From Chloroflexota bacterium (lineage in GTDB: Bacteria > Chloroflexota > Dehalococcoidia > GIF9 > UBA5629), in contig CP070642.1 in the NCBI GenBank assembly GCA_020354105.1, positions 1,541,044 through 1,584,044 on the forward strand: 43,001 nt of DNA, given 5' to 3'. Made by a program: the position numbers and the translations under genes. Positions 10,045 through 18,204 of the stretch are shown piece after piece; positions within the stretch are counted from its first letter, which is position 1; each line of letters starts with the position of its first letter. The notes beneath the pieces were generated by a model, which was given only the letters and a program-made list of their open reading frames with translations, did not search any database and was not told where the DNA came from.

Positions 10045-11982
10045 ATGGCTAATATTGAGATTGATGCACCTGGCACCAGTCAGCTTTTTATTGGCAATGA
10101 AGCTATTGCTCGTGGGGCATTGGAGGCGGGGATCGGATTCGCTGCTGCCTATCCGGGGACACCATCTTCGGAAATATTAGGTAGCTTAGCCCAAATAGCT
10201 AAAAAAATGAATATCTATGCGGAATGGTCAATAAACGAAAAGGTAGCCATGGAAGCTGCTGCCGGTGCTTCCTATGCTGGTATTAGATCTCTTGCTGCAA
10301 TGAAGCAAAATGGGATAAATGTGGTGTCTGATTTTCTGGCAAATCTAGTTATGAGTGGTACAGGTAAGGGGGGGCTGGTTTTAGTAAGCTGTGATGACCC
10401 GTCGGCTATATCTAGTTCCAATGAGCAGGATACACGGCCGATAGCCAAATGGCTGGATATTCCACTGGTGGAACCAGGTGACTTTCAAGAGGCCAAGGAT
10501 ATGACAAAATGGCTCTTTGACCTTGCTGAAGAATTGGGCACTCTCTGTATGTTGCGCAGCGTAACTCGTATTGCACATGCACGGGGCAATGTGAAACTAG
10601 GCGAGCTGCCTAACAAGCAACAAAAGGCATATTTTGAACAGATACATGATTTAAAAAACGTGATGCCAACTAGATATATACCAATACCGAGCCCGGTGCG
10701 GCACTTGTTCTTGCACGCTAAAATGGACAAGGCTCTAGAGAAATTTGAATCATCTTTATTTAATCGATATATCGGGCCGGATAGAGCCGATTTGCTGATC
10801 ATAACTTGTGGTAGTTGTTGGCTTTACTCTCAAGATGCGATAGAGGCACTGAAATTGAGAGACAGGGTTGGTATTCTCAAACTGGGTACATTGTGGCCAT
10901 TGCCAGAAAAGTTTGTCATGGAACATCTGAATAAATCGGATAAAGTCTTATTTGTGGAAGAGATCGACCCCTTTCTAGAGCGGAGCGTTATGGAATTAGG
11001 CGGCAGTTTTCCGCCAAAAGCAATACGCCCTACTTTTTATGGCAAGCGTTCAGGGCATATTAATGCCTATGGGGAGTTAAATCCTGATATGGTCATAAAA
11101 GCTGTATCCACAATACTAGGTTTGACATATAAAGCTCGTGATGCCGACTATGGCAAGAAGGCTGAAGCAGTTGCCAAAAGCAATGTTCCAGAAAGGAGTA
11201 TGACTTTCTGTGCTGGATGTCCTCATCGTGCTACATTTTGGTCAATCAAGAATGCGCTTAAATTAGATGGGCACGATGGTGTTGTTACTGGTGATATAGG
11301 ATGTTACTCCATGGCATTGGGACCTGCTGGATTTTTTCAGGTTCGGACGATGCATTGCATGGGCGCTGGCGTTGGCGTGGCTAATGGACTGGGAAAGCTG
11401 GGGCAGTTTGGTTTTAACCAGCCAGTGCTCGCAGTGGTTGGTGATTCTACTTTCTACCACGCTACTATACCGGCACTGATAAATGGAATTTACAATCAAT
11501 CTAATTTTATCCTTATCATTCTCGATAATAGTGCCACAGCTATGACAGGATTCCAACCTCATCCTGGTACCGGTATGACAGCTATGGGAGAGCCTACGAA
11601 AGTAATAAGTATGGAAGCCCTATGCCGCTCTTTGGGTGCACGCGTTGAGGTCTGTGACCCCTTTGATTTGAATAATACAACAGCGATATTGTTGGAGATG
11701 ATGGCCGAGGGTGGTGGTGCTAAGGTAGCTATAATGAGGCGACAGTGTGAGCTGGTGAGGGCTAAAAAGGAAAAGCCACCATATAAAGTGCGCGTAGATG
11801 CCGAGAGATGTATTGGAGAGGCTTGTGGTTGTGATAGGTTGTGTACCAGAATTTTCCTTTGTCCTGGGCTTATATGGGACAAAAAAACTGGCAAGTCTAA
11901 GGTAGACGAAGTGATTTGTAATGGGTGTGGTGTGTGTGTAGATGTATGCCCACAAGGAGCTATCATAAAGGAGGCAGCATGA
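10045..11982 (+). CDS. iorA: Indolepyruvate:ferredoxin oxidoreductase alpha subunit
   Basis: 645 aa. GNEAIARGALEAGIGFAAAYPGTPSSEI, TPP-binding GDIGCY...GDSTFYH, and C-terminal 4Fe-4S motifs (CNGCGVCVDVCP). Confidence 0.88.
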   Translation: MANIEIDAPGTSQLFIGNEAIARGALEAGIGFAAAYPGTPSSEILGSLAQIAKKMNIYAEWSINEKVAMEAAAGASYAGIRSLAAMKQNGINVVSDFLANLVMSGTGKGGLVLVSCDDPSAISSSNEQDTRPIAKWLDIPLVEPGDFQEAKDMTKWLFDLAEELGTLCMLRSVTRIAHARGNVKLGELPNKQQKAYFEQIHDLKNVMPTRYIPIPSPVRHLFLHAKMDKALEKFESSLFNRYIGPDRADLLIITCGSCWLYSQDAIEALKLRDRVGILKLGTLWPLPEKFVMEHLNKSDKVLFVEEIDPFLERSVMELGGSFPPKAIRPTFYGKRSGHINAYGELNPDMVIKAVSTILGLTYKARDADYGKKAEAVAKSNVPERSMTFCAGCPHRATFWSIKNALKLDGHDGVVTGDIGCYSMALGPAGFFQVRTMHCMGAGVGVANGLGKLGQFGFNQPVLAVVGDSTFYHATIPALINGIYNQSNFILIILDNSATAMTGFQPHPGTGMTAMGEPTKVISMEALCRSLGARVEVCDPFDLNNTTAILLEMMAEGGGAKVAIMRRQCELVRAKKEKPPYKVRVDAERCIGEACGCDRLCTRIFLCPGLIWDKKTGKSKVDEVICNGCGVCVDVCPQGAIIKEAA

Positions 11983-12596
11983 CTAAAAAACAATTGATGA
12001 AAGATCCACTTAACTTAGTCATTACTGGTGTTGGGGGACAAGGTAATGTAATGATATCTCTAATAATCGGCAATGCTTTTGTGAGGGATGGCTACATTGT
12101 GACTGTTGGGGAGACATATGGGGCATCACAGCGTGGTGGCCCAGTCATGAGCCATATGAGAATATCCAAAGAGACCCAGTATAGTCCTTTTATTCCTGAT
12201 GGTTGTGCTGACATTATTCTTGGCATGGAGCCGGTGGAAACGCTTCGGATGCTGGGTAGATATGGCAACCCGCGTGTCATCACCATAATAAACCCCAGAC
12301 CCATATATTCTATTGATGTTACTGGTGGTCATGCTGAGTATCCTGATTTAGACAAGCTGGTTGAGATTGTAAAAGAACTATCAGCTCAGACATGGATTAT
12401 CAATGCCACCGAAGAAGCACAGAAAATGGGAAGCCCTATGTTTGCCAATGCTATTCTCATTGGTGCCCTAATAGGCTCTGGTGTTTTGCCGCTGGACAAG
12501 AAGTCGGTGGAACCTGTCTTGCGTGAGACCTTCCCTAAGGAAATCGAAGCCAATCTGGTAGCTTTCAATAAGGGTATCAAATTTGTAAAGTCTTAG
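11979..12596 (+). CDS. iorB: Indolepyruvate:ferredoxin oxidoreductase beta subunit
   Basis: Start moved to ATG 11979 (MTKKQLMKDPLNLVITGVGGQGNV), which has RBS AAAGGAGG and an ATGA overlap with the iorA stop. The track start 11925 lies inside iorA. Confidence 0.85.
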   Translation: MTKKQLMKDPLNLVITGVGGQGNVMISLIIGNAFVRDGYIVTVGETYGASQRGGPVMSHMRISKETQYSPFIPDGCADIILGMEPVETLRMLGRYGNPRVITIINPRPIYSIDVTGGHAEYPDLDKLVEIVKELSAQTWIINATEEAQKMGSPMFANAILIGALIGSGVLPLDKKSVEPVLRETFPKEIEANLVAFNKGIKFVKS

Positions 12597-12720
12597 AGAT
12601 CACCCTCTTGATTTAAGACAACGTCTAAATTTTTATCCTATCAGGCTCATTAATCTATTCTCTATAACACCGGGCTGTCTATTGTTCTCATTTTTTTCTT
12701 CCTAACTCTCACCTAGGGGC

Positions 12721-12749
12721 TTGACAAATGATAAAAACATGTGTACACT
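12721..12749 (+). promoter_or_regulatory. Candidate lexA promoter
   Basis: TTGACA (12721..12726), a 17-nt spacer, then TACACT (12744..12749). Confidence 0.5.
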
Positions 12750-12757
12750 TGTTTTTA

Positions 12758-12799
12758 GAACAATCGTTTGTAAAACGTAAGTTTGTAAAACACGTGTTT
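12758..12799 (+). promoter_or_regulatory. Three tandem Cheo-box-like (GAAC-N4-GTTC type) putative LexA operators
   Basis: GAACAATCGTTT (12758..12769), AAACGTAAGTTT (12773..12784) and AAACACGTGTTT (12788..12799, a perfect 12-bp palindrome). Their starts are spaced exactly 15 bp apart, between the -10 and the lexA start codon. Confidence 0.55.
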
Positions 12800-12817
12800 G
12801 ATAAAGGGTATATTTAG

Positions 12818-13465
12818 ATGAGAAAGCCTGGTGTAAGTGAGACGAGGCGACGGATATTCAAATTTATCCGTGATTTTATTGAAGAAAGAGGTTATGCACC
12901 TACGGTTAGAGATATTCTAAAAGGGTGCAATATAAGTTCGACGGCAGTTGTCCAGCATCACTTGAATATACTTGAGAGAGAAGGTCACATTCATCGTGAT
13001 CCGGAGGTCTTCAGAAGTATACAGCTCATTGATAAAAGAAATATTGTTAGGGTTCCCCTGTTAGGCAATATTTCTGCAGGTGCGCCAATACCTGTGCCAG
13101 ATTCGGGGACCTGGGATAATGAGGCGGCAGAGATGTTAGAGTTGACTGATGAGTTGACTCAAGGCAAGGAAGTCTATGCCTTGAAAGTGAAAGGTATTTC
13201 AATGGTTGATGCCCTGATTGATGATGGAGACATTGTTTTAATGGAGTCGGCGAACACGGCCAACGATGGGGATATGGTTGCTGTCTGGCTAAAAGACAAG
13301 CACGAGGTAACTCTAAAGAGGCTGTTTCGAGAGCAGCAGGTGATTCGCCTTCAGCCGTCTAATTCTCAAATGGAGCCACTCTATGTAAACTTTCAAAATG
13401 TCGAGGTCCAGGGGAAAGTTGTAGGAGTTATCAGGAAATTAGGAGACAAGAATAAGAGGCGATGA
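12818..13465 (+). CDS. lexA: LexA repressor (SOS regulator, S24 peptidase)
   Basis: 215 aa. N-terminal winged-helix region (YAPTVRDILKGCNISSTAVVQHHLNILEREGHI), cleavage-site region GNISAGAP, Ser in VKGISM and Lys in VTLKRL. Confidence 0.92.
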   Translation: MRKPGVSETRRRIFKFIRDFIEERGYAPTVRDILKGCNISSTAVVQHHLNILEREGHIHRDPEVFRSIQLIDKRNIVRVPLLGNISAGAPIPVPDSGTWDNEAAEMLELTDELTQGKEVYALKVKGISMVDALIDDGDIVLMESANTANDGDMVAVWLKDKHEVTLKRLFREQQVIRLQPSNSQMEPLYVNFQNVEVQGKVVGVIRKLGDKNKRR

Positions 13466-13501
13466 TCGCCTTTATTTATAAATATAAGATGGAGGTTAGA
13501 A

Positions 13502-13756
13502 ATGGCTAAGCTACTTGAGAAACCAGAAGAGTTGAAAGTGACCACTAATATTGAAGGCACGCCATTAACTATTGCCAGAAATGGCAAAGCGGAGCGCGTG
13601 ACCAGAATTTATCAACAATGGCAGGTATCTGAGCAACTCTTCGAGCAGGAGATTCTAAAGAGTTACTTTAGGGTTAGGACGAGCAAAGGCATTATTTGTG
13701 ATATTTATCGTGATGCGGTGTCAAGTTCTTGGTATCTGGGCCGTGTTTACGATTAA
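13502..13756 (+). CDS. Small conserved protein resembling the DUF6504-type module seen with SOS mutagenesis (imuA-imuB-dnaE2) cassettes
   Basis: 84 aa, 36 nt downstream of lexA. The C-terminal pattern YFRVRTSKGIICDIYRDAVSSSWYLGRVYD matches, from memory, the R.YFRV.T..G....LYRD...W.L.RVYD signature. The family assignment is a recollection and has not been searched. Confidence 0.5.
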   Translation: MAKLLEKPEELKVTTNIEGTPLTIARNGKAERVTRIYQQWQVSEQLFEQEILKSYFRVRTSKGIICDIYRDAVSSSWYLGRVYD

Positions 13757-13839
13757 AGCTGAATGAAATTACTAAGAAGCTCTAGTTTATCGCTAAATTG
13801 CGAATTAATGTTATTGGTTTAAGGGAGGAGGTTTGTTTA

Positions 13840-14115
13840 ATGATGCAGGCAGTAAGAGATAGAGTTCAATGTTCGCGGTGTGGCTGCATTGCAATGCCCG
13901 ATGCAACTAAGTGTCCCAAATGCGGTGCTTCATACAACGGCAATGGAGCAAAAGAGGCAGTTAGTGTGGTTAATTGTATTTCAAGCCCAAAGATAGAGGA
14001 TGCAGATACTAGAGTAGTAAGGGCCTACTATCAGCTTACGTGTAGTCATCATGGCAGGATTCATGTTAAAACCACTGTAATTGGTTCTCCCATCAAGTGT
14101 CCTTTTTGTCAATAG
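13840..14115 (+). CDS. Zinc-ribbon protein, unknown function
   Basis: Start set at ATG 13840, which has RBS GGGAGGAGG 8 nt upstream (the track uses TTG 13798). It has CSRCGC...CPKCG and a C-terminal CPFCQ, i.e. paired CxxC knuckles. Confidence 0.55.
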   Translation: MMQAVRDRVQCSRCGCIAMPDATKCPKCGASYNGNGAKEAVSVVNCISSPKIEDADTRVVRAYYQLTCSHHGRIHVKTTVIGSPIKCPFCQ

Positions 14116-14167
14116 AGGTAGAGGTGGTAGTATGATGCTTGGTGATTGTTGCGAAGGCAGTTGTTCA

Positions 14168-14851
14168 CTAAGATTTAGCAAGTGCAATTAAAGCCTCTTT
14201 GGTGTTAACCAAGTTTATGCCTATGTTCTTTAATTCTTGTAGCCCTCTTTTATAAATTTGTGAAACAGCATCTTCTACAAGTACAATTCTGAAATCCCGT
14301 TCACTAGCCTCATAGATTGTTGTGCGTGGGCAGTTAGGGAAATTACATCCGCACAGCATAATGGTATTAATGTCCAGATCTTGCAGGTGCTTCTCCAAGG
14401 GAGTCTTGAAAAATGCTCCCCACCTCGGCTTATACATTATCCATTCGTTCGATCCAATCGGTTGAAATTTTCCCTTTAGGAGATTTGCCGCATCTAGCCT
14501 GATTCCTAGTGTGGGTTTTAATTCTTCCATCAGTTCAGCTCCATCGCTTTCTGGGGCGAGGATCTGTTTTCCAAGCTCGATAATTTTTCTGCGACAGGCA
14601 TCAGCGTTGGAGCCATCAGGCGAATAAAGTCTGACAACATGTATTATTGGTCGCTGGGAGCTCCTGAAAGCTTGTACAACGCTTTGTATTTTGGGCAGAA
14701 CATCAATTGTACCGGGAATCTCAATTGGGGTGCCGGGGATTGTACAATCACGCTGCACATCGATAGTAAGCAGGGCGACTCTCTTGTAATCTGGACTTAT
14801 GTACTCATTCATTCTAGAGATTCGTTGCAGTTCAATTGGTGTGGAAGCCAT
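14168..14851 (-). CDS. Isochorismatase-family cysteine hydrolase
   Basis: 227 aa. Catalytic Asp context ALLTIDVQRD, Lys in YKPRWGAF, and Cys context IMLCGCNFPNCPRTT. Confidence 0.82.
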   Translation of the reverse strand: MASTPIELQRISRMNEYISPDYKRVALLTIDVQRDCTIPGTPIEIPGTIDVLPKIQSVVQAFRSSQRPIIHVVRLYSPDGSNADACRRKIIELGKQILAPESDGAELMEELKPTLGIRLDAANLLKGKFQPIGSNEWIMYKPRWGAFFKTPLEKHLQDLDINTIMLCGCNFPNCPRTTIYEASERDFRIVLVEDAVSQIYKRGLQELKNIGINLVNTKEALIALAKS

Positions 14852-15075
14852 CCATCTTTGGCTCTAAGTCCTTCTTGTAGCTGAAGCCACATAATTTCCT
14901 TGGGTAGTCTAACACAATTATCCATGCTGCTCAATCAGTCTGAAGCTAAATTGCACTTAACTACCGGCTGTCTGTCCAAGGGACTATTAAACTTACGGGA
15001 CTAATTTGAGTGGTAGTATGAATTTTGGGGCAAGTTATGATGTTAGTTCTTACAGATTAGGTCTTTGAAGATGTT

Positions 15076-15924
15076 TTATACTTTTAGTTGCATGCCATCA
15101 TAGGCAAAGCGTATTTTTGGATCATTAGATTCCAGAGCGCGGTAATCGTCATAGCTGAGATTCCAGTATTCCTCCAAATGAGCAAAGATAACCCTCTTGG
15201 CTTGCAGGTATTTGACTAGCTCCATGGTTTGCTCAAAGGTATAAAGGGTTTTTCTGGAAATATGGTCGGCTGGATATTTGAAACCATGTCTCAGCCCTTT
15301 CTCAAATATCCCAGGCTGAATGATAAGAAAATCGGCTTGCTGAACCTCACTTCTGTGTTCAGGAAAAGGCTTGATATCACAGGTAGCATAGACCACCTTG
15401 CGACCTGCTTTTTCAAGAACGTAAACGAAGGCCAGTTGGGAACCACGGTCGACAGGGATTGCGGTTATCCTAACATCTCCTACCTTGATCTTGTCATGAA
15501 AAAACTTTAGCTTCAGAAAGCCACTTTCCTGGTAGAAATCGACTACGGGACCGTACTGAGACCTGAGTTTCTTTACGCTTCCACTCAGTTGTTCAGGCAG
15601 CAGCAAGCAAATCTGCTTTTCGGGATAGGCACGCCAAGTACGGAAGTCCAGCGCAATCTGCTCTACTACCCGAAGCCCCTCCACATGGTCGGGGTCTAAA
15701 TGAGATAAGATAAGGTAATCGACATGGCGAATAGACGAACGATTAAGCAGACTTACAATCTCCGCCGGTGTGTCTATCAGCAGGTTGATATCATGCAGAA
15801 AAACGGAAGGCCCTGCCCTAGCATACGGAACGCCTTTCTTTCTGGCTTCCTTACAAACCCGGCATTGACAAAGCGGTTTGGGGATTACAGCACATCCCCC
15901 GGAGCCCAATATTGTCCACTTCAT
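15076..15924 (-). CDS. MBL-fold metallo-hydrolase, PhnP/PqqB-like
   Basis: 282 aa. The N-terminus WTILGSGGC...PLCQCRVC (a CxCxxC structural zinc motif as in PhnP/PqqB) and the degenerate His motif LSHLDPDH. Confidence 0.72.
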   Translation of the reverse strand: MKWTILGSGGCAVIPKPLCQCRVCKEARKKGVPYARAGPSVFLHDINLLIDTPAEIVSLLNRSSIRHVDYLILSHLDPDHVEGLRVVEQIALDFRTWRAYPEKQICLLLPEQLSGSVKKLRSQYGPVVDFYQESGFLKLKFFHDKIKVGDVRITAIPVDRGSQLAFVYVLEKAGRKVVYATCDIKPFPEHRSEVQQADFLIIQPGIFEKGLRHGFKYPADHISRKTLYTFEQTMELVKYLQAKRVIFAHLEEYWNLSYDDYRALESNDPKIRFAYDGMQLKV

Positions 15925-15988
15925 TCGATGTGAGAAGGCCTCCCTTATTCTCCCTATCTGCGTTCATAAATCAGACGACGAATACAAG

Positions 15989-17476
15989 CTATGAGGTCAC
16001 CTTTTCCAGCTCACGAAAGAAGGCTGGTCTAAGTGGGTCCCATCTACCCACCAGTCTGTCAAAGGCGGGCTGCGGGAAAGTCTGCTTGAATATTCTATAA
16101 TAGTACAACTCTTCCACTGAAGACAGGTAGGGATGGCCCTCTACCTTATTGAATTTCTCCAGTTCACTCTGAGATATTTCTTTCTCAGCTTGCGCACGCA
16201 TGATATAGGCTACTCCTGAACCCTGGGCGAAGAACCGCTTGGTTTGATAGATGATGTGGTCAGGTAGGCACCCCTCAAAGGCCTGCCGTAAAATCCATTT
16301 TCCGTTTTGCTCTTCCCCGTGAATCTTATGTTTTATCGGAATCTTCATACTGAAATCCATTACCTTTGAGTCGAGAAAAGGGGTACGGCTCTCATAGGAA
16401 TTTGCAGCATTCAGCCTGTCCAACCTCTGCAAGGCGGTATTATGAGCAACATTAATAAGTCTATCGACGATACTGGCGACTTCCTCGGGGTTATTCCCCT
16501 GTTTAAACTGGCCATCATACCCCGCAAAGAACTCGTCTGCACCTTCACCGGTGAGTACGCACTTGGTATGCGGGCTGACAAAACGTCCGGCGAGAAAATT
16601 AGCTATGGCACCATGAACACAGCTTTCCTCGTACATCTCCTGATGATGAATGGCTAGAGGTAATATCTCTTTAATCTCTTTTTCACCGAACATTAATATA
16701 TGGTGTTTGATGCCCAGATATTTAGTAACGTCCTTGGCCAGTGGTAGGTCCTGCCCTCCTTCCATGCTCACGGTAAAGCATTCGATATCGGCCTTTATCT
16801 CATGTGCCATATATGTTATCAGACTGCTGTCTAACCCGCCGCTCAGGAGTACCCCCCCCACCGCATTATCTTTCATGCGCTTTTCCACTGCTTCCATCAG
16901 AAGCTTGCGGACTGCCTTTTTGCCCTGCTCGTAGTTTTTGAATTCAGGAGTTTCTATAGCTTCAGATTTAAATTTCTGAAAGCCCAGTTCCTGCGAATAA
17001 ACATAGCCGGGTGGGAATTCCTTCACATCATCGGCTATACCTACCAGAGCCTTTGCCTCTGAGGCAAAGCATAGTCTGCCATCACTGTGCCCGTAGTAAA
17101 GAGGCTTTATACCGGCCCAATCGCGAGCCAGAATCATTTCACCACTATCTGATACGGCACAGGCAAAGTCTCCATCCAGCTTCTGGGCAAGCCCGGCGCC
17201 ATACTTAGCATACAAGTGCAGCACAGCCTCGGCGTCAGACATATTACCCTTCTCTGGATTATAGACACGCCCATCGAGGGTAACAGCTCTCTTGCCCTCC
17301 GATGCATAGTGCGAGACTGGCTTTGAGTTTCCTCCTACATTCAGTTCAAGGCATCCGATATGCACATCCCCATCCCGGTTCGTCCAGGTCTCATGCGGGC
17401 CTCTATACCTGATCTTGTCAAGTATTTGAGCTAACTCACCGTTGTCAGTCCCTAAAATTCCTGCGATTCCTGCCAC
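15989..17476 (-). CDS. Asparagine synthetase B-family adenylating enzyme lacking the N-terminal Cys nucleophile
   Basis: 495 aa. GTG start with RBS AAGGAGAG 5 nt upstream. The N-terminus is MAGIAGILG where class II amidotransferases have MCGI. PP-loop LLSGGLDSS is present. Confidence 0.85.
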   Translation of the reverse strand: MAGIAGILGTDNGELAQILDKIRYRGPHETWTNRDGDVHIGCLELNVGGNSKPVSHYASEGKRAVTLDGRVYNPEKGNMSDAEAVLHLYAKYGAGLAQKLDGDFACAVSDSGEMILARDWAGIKPLYYGHSDGRLCFASEAKALVGIADDVKEFPPGYVYSQELGFQKFKSEAIETPEFKNYEQGKKAVRKLLMEAVEKRMKDNAVGGVLLSGGLDSSLITYMAHEIKADIECFTVSMEGGQDLPLAKDVTKYLGIKHHILMFGEKEIKEILPLAIHHQEMYEESCVHGAIANFLAGRFVSPHTKCVLTGEGADEFFAGYDGQFKQGNNPEEVASIVDRLINVAHNTALQRLDRLNAANSYESRTPFLDSKVMDFSMKIPIKHKIHGEEQNGKWILRQAFEGCLPDHIIYQTKRFFAQGSGVAYIMRAQAEKEISQSELEKFNKVEGHPYLSSVEELYYYRIFKQTFPQPAFDRLVGRWDPLRPAFFRELEKVTS

Positions 17477-17509
17477 AATTGCTCTCCTTTTCTAAATTTC
17501 AGAATGATT

Positions 17510-18202
17510 TTACTGCGCTCCTGCTTTCTGAAAAGAATCGAGTACATTGATGGCATGAAAACCATCAACACAGTAGGCATCAGCACCTATTTCCTTGGCA
17601 TATTCGTCCGAAACAGCTGCACCTCCGATCAATACCTTGACCTTGTCTCTGATTTTGCTTTGTTTCAATGCTTCGATTACTTCCCTCATGACCAGCATGG
17701 TAGTAGTCAGGAGAGCAGAAAGCCCTAAAAACTGCGTCTCCGACTCCTTGACAACCTCCACAATCTTTTCCGTGGGTACATCTATACCGAGGTCGACCAC
17801 TTCATAGCCAGCTCCTTTGAGGAGAACAGCGACAATGTTCTTACCGATATCATGGATATCCCCCTTTACTGTGGCTATGACGAATTTACCCTTCGTTTGT
17901 ACGTCGGAGGCTTCCAGGTGCGGTTTTAAGATCTCCATGGCTTCACCAACAGCTTCTGCAGAAGCTAACATGTCAGGGATGAAGTATTCTTTTTGGGCGA
18001 ATTTTTCGCCAACAACTTGCATGCCTGCAGTCAGGCCCTGGGTGATTATTCTCTCCAGAGGAATGTTATTGTCAAGTGCTGACTGCGTCAATTCCACAAC
18101 TCCTGGCTTTCCTGATAATGCTTCGTCTATTCCTTCATCATCAACTGTCCTTCTTCCCTGTATGACATTTTCCTTAAGTACGGCTATGATATCTTCAATC
18201 AT
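17510..18202 (-). CDS. Corrinoid (cobalamin-binding) methyl-carrier protein, MtbC/MttC/MtgC-like (CoP1)
   Basis: 230 aa. N-terminal B12-binding cap helix bundle plus a Rossmann domain with the DxHxxG motif (KGDIHDIGKNIV) and SALLTTTM. Confidence 0.9.
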   Translation of the reverse strand: MIEDIIAVLKENVIQGRRTVDDEGIDEALSGKPGVVELTQSALDNNIPLERIITQGLTAGMQVVGEKFAQKEYFIPDMLASAEAVGEAMEILKPHLEASDVQTKGKFVIATVKGDIHDIGKNIVAVLLKGAGYEVVDLGIDVPTEKIVEVVKESETQFLGLSALLTTTMLVMREVIEALKQSKIRDKVKVLIGGAAVSDEYAKEIGADAYCVDGFHAINVLDSFQKAGAQ

Positions 18203-18204
18203 TG

